Shown: positions 58,162-64,000 of the stretch, in pieces
Layout of the letters: every line of letters starts with the position of its first letter
Position numbering within the stretch: position 1 is the stretch's first letter
Origin: Paraspadella gotoi
Lineage: Eukaryota; Animalia; Chaetognatha
DNA: 64,000 nt
Direction: 5' to 3'
Assembly: GCA_051294375.1 (NCBI GenBank)
Contig: CM119267.1
Location: 10,725,045-10,789,044 of the forward strand
Notes under the pieces: generated by a model
Told to the model about the DNA's origin: nothing
The model's input: the letters and a program-made list of their open reading frames with translations, nothing else
Database searches by the model: none
Made by a program: the position numbers and the translations under genes

Positions 58162-59703
58162 TCAGTATTTCTCATCATTTGTGACAAATTCTTCCTTAAT
58201 GCTTTGGACATTTTGGTCACTGTCGTTGCACAACTCCCTTTTAGCGTTTTGAACGTCTAAATACGACAATTGACTATCGACTGAACGTTTCCAACGAGAT
58301 CCTAGTTTATTGGCATGATTTCTTAGTCTTCCACGCCCAAAGGAAGAGGGTCCAACGCTTATAAGCCCCATTCTTCCTAACATTCCACCGAAATGCAACT
58401 TTTCACGACCATTACGAATGATAATTTTATCTCTCGACTGAGCCTTATCATGTCCATCTTCCTTTATTTCAGGAAAATCATCGTTATCCGACAGATCAAC
58501 CGTCAAATACAATTTTTCCTTTAATTTCATGTACTCCTCGTGCGTTTTAACAATCAATTTTTTCTCGAACTTATCAGTTTTTTTGACCATTACTAAGGTA
58601 TTAAATGCGTCCACTTCAGATCGGTAAGTCACAAAAAGGGATCCTTTAAATTTTCCACAATGTGAATGACCATTACGATATAACTTGTAGACAAGATTTT
58701 CAAAGGGAGCAGCGCTGCTTAGAAACGGCATAATATCTTGGGAAGTTGCATTAAGAGGAAACCCTTTAAGGTAAAGCGTTCGGCGTCTTACATCCTCAGC
58801 CCAGAGCTTTTGTGCGTCTTGCAAAGGAGAAGAGTCGTCATCTTCTTGTTCCTCACTCGGGAGATACAATTTTCGATCTAAATTACATTTTTTCTTCAGA
58901 CGCTTTAAACAATTGTGGTAATATCCAAGACCTAATTTTCGTAGGGTATTTATAACGTCCGTCTCATTCAAATTTGGACAGGAACTTAGCCATTTATCAA
59001 AACCGGTTTTAAACCAAGTGTTCACATCATAACCTTTCAAACCCTCAAAAGGACACGTCATGGCGAGATTTTTCGAAACTTTGTACATAAGCTTGTTAAC
59101 AATTCTTCTTGCGCAACTTCTTTCAGTTTTGATGTCCTCGACTTCCAGCAAACTTGTATTTTCAGGCATCGGCTGTTTGAGTTCAGAAATTTCAAGCGTA
59201 TCTTTGTGATTCAAGCAATAAGCCGCAAACTTTAACTTATGACCCTCCTGACTTTCAATAACAAGCAAACCAAAAACTTGACCGCAAGTAACGTGAAAAT
59301 GGAGATCGCAATCAATAAAATCACAACGCCTACAAACTCCCTCCACTCTTTCACAAATATTGCATGCTTTTGCGAAAAGATTAATAAAGGAATTTTCATG
59401 AGGTAAAATAACTGCATCCATTTCGTTTCGATTACAAAACTGCACCTCAGGAACGAACAGGGCACAAATTACATGAACCCAAACACCAGTGACAGTCCTT
59501 ATAAAAGCTCCTTGACGCTGTGGACAAAGCTGACAGGTCACTTCTTTTTCACCCGCTGCACATTTCTGACAAAGCCACGGAAAAGTCGGTTGAATAAATA
59601 TGCCATAGCAAAGTGAATGTGCTGGGATACAGCATTTACTGCAAATTAATAGCTGATTGTAAGGAAAACTACCTCCTAGTGAACAAATACTACACGTTTC
59701 CAT
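58162..59703 (-). CDS. PZP (PHD-Zn knuckle-PHD, AF10/BRPF-like) plus La-type RRM protein
   Basis: C..C...N.L..C..C...H..CYG...W.C.KC; CQLCP...GA....G.WVHVICALFVPEV; C.LHFHVTCG. Later DVRRRTLYLKGFPLNAT and FKGSLFVTY. Acceptor TTGTTTCAG at 59722-3 precedes the ATG at 59703. Confidence 0.85.
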   Translation of the reverse strand: METCSICSLGGSFPYNQLLICSKCCIPAHSLCYGIFIQPTFPWLCQKCAAGEKEVTCQLCPQRQGAFIRTVTGVWVHVICALFVPEVQFCNRNEMDAVILPHENSFINLFAKACNICERVEGVCRRCDFIDCDLHFHVTCGQVFGLLVIESQEGHKLKFAAYCLNHKDTLEISELKQPMPENTSLLEVEDIKTERSCARRIVNKLMYKVSKNLAMTCPFEGLKGYDVNTWFKTGFDKWLSSCPNLNETDVINTLRKLGLGYYHNCLKRLKKKCNLDRKLYLPSEEQEDDDSSPLQDAQKLWAEDVRRRTLYLKGFPLNATSQDIMPFLSSAAPFENLVYKLYRNGHSHCGKFKGSLFVTYRSEVDAFNTLVMVKKTDKFEKKLIVKTHEEYMKLKEKLYLTVDLSDNDDFPEIKEDGHDKAQSRDKIIIRNGREKLHFGGMLGRMGLISVGPSSFGRGRLRNHANKLGSRWKRSVDSQLSYLDVQNAKRELCNDSDQNVQSIKEEFVTNDEKY

Positions 59704-59800
59704 CGTATCTGCAAGTACTACCTGAAACAATGAAAGAGTACAGTAATTATTAAGTTTTTACTTTAACTATACAGTATACACTAAGTATACATTAAGTATA

Positions 59801-60881
59801 CAGGGGTGGGACCATATATCGAGAAAAAATTAAAAAAATCATTACTCTAAATTTTTTTAAATTAATTGTTTTTAAATTCTTTTATATTATGCTTTTTTGA
59901 TGCAGCAAAGGCAACTGCTCAGTTTTCTCCGCGCGGTTTGGAAGAAAAATGTTTGCATGTACTTATTGTTTTGGAAGTACTTATTTGTAGTATGCTTCTG
60001 GCAATGTTTACATGGAATTTTGGTTTAAAAAATTTTAAAGTAAGCAGCAAGATCCAGGCGAAACTCATGAATGAAAACAAATGAAAAGAACTATCGTCTT
60101 CACAGCAATGCCAAACCCAATGGATTTATGTGGTCTGAAATCTGCAGAACCTCAGAAAACGTCGAAATAGACCAAAAGACGGCGAGGCGGCACTCCAGAG
60201 GGAGGAGTGGCAAATTGTTAAAATTGATCAAAACCACACACAAGGCATGGAAAAAAGGACGATGCACCACTGTTAGGGAGCAAACCTTGCGGACCCCCTA
60301 ACGGGTCGATGGGCGGCTGCAGACCAAAGGGGCAGCTTAAAGAGTCTCGGCGTGAACAGTTTCACAAGCCCAGAGTCATTACACAGTAATAATATATCAA
60401 GAGAGAAACACAATGGATCAGTAGCCACAGCTTAGTGAGCACAAAGGGATCACTAAGAAAACACGAAGTAAAATATAATTAAGATATAAAATATTAATCA
60501 TTAACTCATGATAGCTGAGGGGAGAAAATAGTAATGAATCAATTAAATAATTATCAATGGCGAATGAATGAATAATCAATAAAACTTTATTTAAATAAGA
60601 CGATCAAAGAATGAATTAAATCCACAAATGTTTATACAGATTTCCACAAGATCCAATCGATATTCCACAATAGTTTGTTCCTGACAAAGGTTCGGGTAAG
60701 TTACTGTTATGGTTTAATTTTTATCATCCACGACTCCTTGTTGCTTAAAAAATTATTTTAATTAATTGTATATGAAAGTAAAGACAGAAAAAAAGTTTGC
60801 CATTTATTTTATTATTGTATCTCAAATCGTCCAGACAGGGCAGGCCATTAAGTTTTGTCTCGATATCGGGTCCCACCCCTG
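59801..60881. mobile_element. Tc1/mariner-type MITE (~1.08 kb)
   Basis: TIRs CAGGGGTGGGACC...ATATCGAGA / TCTCGATAT..GGTCCCACCCCTG with a TA on both flanks. Confidence 0.82.
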
Positions 60882-63800
60882 TACACTGTACATTATACAA
60901 TATAGGGTGAAATGAAAGTTTGGAATCAAAATTTAGCAGTTATATCTTGAAAACTATCTTATTAGTGAATACTAATAATACTAATCTATAACTCGACAAG
61001 TCACTTTTCATAGCAATCTTACCGCCGGATCCGAAGTTCCGGAAACCACAAAAATTGATTGAAAAATGTCCCAGACCCATTGGACACTAAGTGTGGGGGC
61101 TGTCTCTTAGGCTCTTCATCTTCAATTTAGCCGTGAGGCTTCCTATTTTAATTACCTGTCTTGGTTATGTAATCACTGCTCGCCTTATTATCTTGGAGTT
61201 CACAATGGTACCAAACGACGAGAACCTGAAAAAAAAAATAGTAAAAATGTAAAAAAATATGAATTTTTTTGGAAAGAACGTAACAAGTATATTTTAAATT
61301 TATCGAAAACTATAATAGTAATACAAAAAGGCACTGATTTTGAATCGTGGTTTTACCATTCATGACCATCGAATCGCAGCCCCTGAATTTGGAGCTTGGA
61401 ATCTGGGATTAGTTCAGCCCTTCGGAACGACTAAGTCTCTTCGAGAAAATCCCACTTGTCAAGACCAAGCTTAGTGTATCTCAAATTTATTCAAGGCGAT
61501 TCTCATCGGCAACTCCTGACAGTTTTCTTTTAAATTATCGGTAAACAGTAACGACCTACAAAATATTTACATGATGGCAAAATGAATTATTAACTGAAAT
61601 TATCATCGTTTATACTAGTCTCAAGATATAATTTTCTATATGTTTATGAATTAGGGTTCGAAGCACGTCATAAAAAAAAACCTTATGCGACATAGCGCCC
61701 CTCAGCGACATCGTACAAGATAATGATGTTATCGCAAGGCATCTGGCTTCGTCACGCTTGCGGAACGGCAGCATCACCACCATCATGCGAGCACTATTGA
61801 GCTGTCACGTGCATTTAGTCTGAGAGCGTATGGAGGAGGAAAATTGAGTTGCATTAGAAATGATCCACGACAGAAAAGATTCAAGACAATACATATAAAC
61901 GCAAAAATATTTATACTAAAAAAACGATCGGTAATAATTTAAAGCATTACGACAGACACCATAAAATAAGTTAATAATTATGGTGGACTCGATCCTAAAC
62001 CTTTCCACTTCCTCACAAAAGTTACAATGAAAGCACTCTATACGGGAATGAAATTGGCCAAAACCCACTCTTACGGAACAAAAAGTCAGGAACCCTTTCA
62101 GACTGGAAAGTCTGACCTTCGCTAGAGACAAAGTAACTTCGTCAGAATTAATAGACTTGGACAATAGAGCGTAGTGAAAGTTACGTACAAAAATTCTATA
62201 AGTCTATTATTATTATTATATCAAAAAACTGTTTTGAAATTTTAAGATTTATAGGATTAGTACTATGTATAAATAGGGCCTACTGTGTAAATTGTAAAAT
62301 TTATATTAATTTTTTTTATACATAAATGTTCATTAGTATAATGTTGTTCCTTTCTCACTTTTAAAATTTAAGTTAAATTTAGAATTTTTACTACGCTTTA
62401 TTGGACAACTATTACTTAAGTTATGGTCACATAATTTGAAAGTATTTTCATCAGAAAGGCGACGATCTGAACAAATCAATTTTTTTTAAGGAGTTATGTC
62501 AGCTATCTTCTTTCTACTATCGGTGGCAAAGGAAAATTAACGAGATCAACCCCGAGTTGGGAATCCCTAACGTGTCAAATCAAAGTTAGTTAAAAATATA
62601 ATGGGCTGACAACATCTCTAATGCAATATTCAAGAACATAATTGAATCCGCGATCATGGTTGATGAAACTGTCAAAAGGTATGCTTCGGTGAATTTTCAA
62701 AGCCTAATAAGATTGAGAAAACCTAATTAGCACAAACTATGCATAACTTGCGCCATGGTCTTTATCTGTTCGAAAAATAGGAATTTTGAAAATTTCTAAA
62801 CTAAAAACTTAATGATTATCTAAAACGTGCCCACTGAAAAGAGAATAAAATCAGGTCAACAGTCAATACTCAACTAAGCGTCTAAAAATAAATTGAAACT
62901 CTCTCAAAAGTATCCAACTATGAAATAGCGCAATTTCAAATATTTAATGGAAAGAGAATAATTCGAGGTTAACGCTGCCAGCACAGCGCATCTGACTTCA
63001 TTCAGCAATCTCAAGTCAACTTAGAAAAACTCAAACCGTCATTGGTCTCCCATTGAAAACTAAACTTAGCCTCAGGTGAGGTTTTTAATGCTTGTTGAAA
63101 AATAACGCCATATACCCGTGGGGTATTTGTGAATACGAAATCCTGTGCTTACTGTCAGCTATTCAACTACAGAGCAGATTTGAATGACACAAATATCGTT
63201 TGAAAAGAAGAAGAAAAGTATCGCTTTCTGCTTCAAGCCATTCGTTGGATTCCATTGTTAGGCCTGACACTAAATAAAAACCCTGCAAAAATATCATGAA
63301 TCCCTCCTCTTAAGCGTTCTATGGAAGCTAAACGTATAAAAAAAGGAATGAAAACCGATAGTGGATTTCACTAAAAAAATTTCAGTTTTCGAAATTATTA
63401 TAAATAAAATGAACAATATATTTAAATTCCACAGGCAACCGACGTCGTTCCGTTTCTCTCCCCGTTGTCTCGGTTCGTTGCTCCATGCGGAAATGCGCGC
63501 CCCAGGAGGTCTCACCATCATCCGGCTTTCCTCCGTTTCAACAGTGAACGATAGGGACGGAATCAATTTTGCCTCATCAGTAAAAATTTAATTATTCTAA
63601 GCTGATGTTAAGACCAAATTTTAAAAAAGTCCTAAAAAAACCTATAAAAATTTACCTTTAGCTAGTAATAGTAGTGTGAATATGTAGATTGCAATTTATT
63701 TGACGTAATAAATGAATTGTCGACTTCATACTTATAAAGTTTCTTTGATCAAAAATACTCAGTCGGTTTCAAATGGACACAGTTCGTACTGTGATACCAA

Positions 63801-64000
63801 AATAAAATTAATTTTTGTACGGGTACATGCAAAATTTTACTACACAGTAATGAGTAAACATATTGGATGAGACACGGTAAAATATTCTGAAAAAAATCGA
63901 TGGAGCTTGAGTTTAGCAAGTTTTAATTTAAACGATAAAAAAATTAATAAAAAACCTAAAAGAACAAAAAAATTTAAAAATCAAAATCTCAGAGCGCTTT

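Noticed and set aside
60071-60301. Basic ORF inside the 59801-60881 MITE as a possible transposase remnant
   Set aside because: Too short, with no DDE/D or convincing HTH motif.
60900-60960. TATAGGGTGAAATGAAAG... resembling another Tc1/mariner TIR
   Set aside because: I could not find the matching right TIR within the window.
61690-61712. TAGCGCCCCTCAGCG, a CTCF-like or promoter motif upstream of the cluster
   Set aside because: Only a partial match to the consensus and a single occurrence, so it is not supportable.
1-64000. An SL RNA, tRNA or rRNA gene in the window
   Set aside because: No convincing leader + GT donor + Sm-site arrangement, cloverleaf or rRNA sequence was recognised by eye.

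Overview
Eukaryotic, animal (probably invertebrate) genomic DNA from a compact genome, with AT-rich introns and intergenic DNA and canonical GT-AG introns. I can assemble 17 protein-coding genes, all on the minus strand. In coordinate order they are: klarsicht-like KASH protein, TMA7, POLD1, transaldolase, a 2OG-Fe(II) dioxygenase-like protein, LMF1, NUDT16, a BTB-BACK protein, a homeobox gene, PGAP1, a DEG/ENaC channel, a small unknown protein, CAMSAP/Patronin, DXO, a CCCH-tail protein, integrin beta and a PZP-RRM protein. Seven stop-to-ATG spacers are only 81-295 bp, and most ATGs have a 3'-splice-acceptor-like signal shortly upstream. The leading hypothesis is a long unidirectional, operon-like (polycistronic, SL trans-spliced) gene cluster. 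The larger gaps hold nested non-autonomous transposons: Helentron/DINE-like elements, two ~2 kb foldback palindromes, Tc1/mariner-type MITEs, and a palindrome with degenerate Penelope-type hammerhead motifs. Several proteins have unusual architectures: MADS-like plus homeodomain, PZP plus La-type RRM, and a DEG/ENaC with a ~470-aa extracellular insertion. All family assignments come from recognising motifs by eye; no searches were run.
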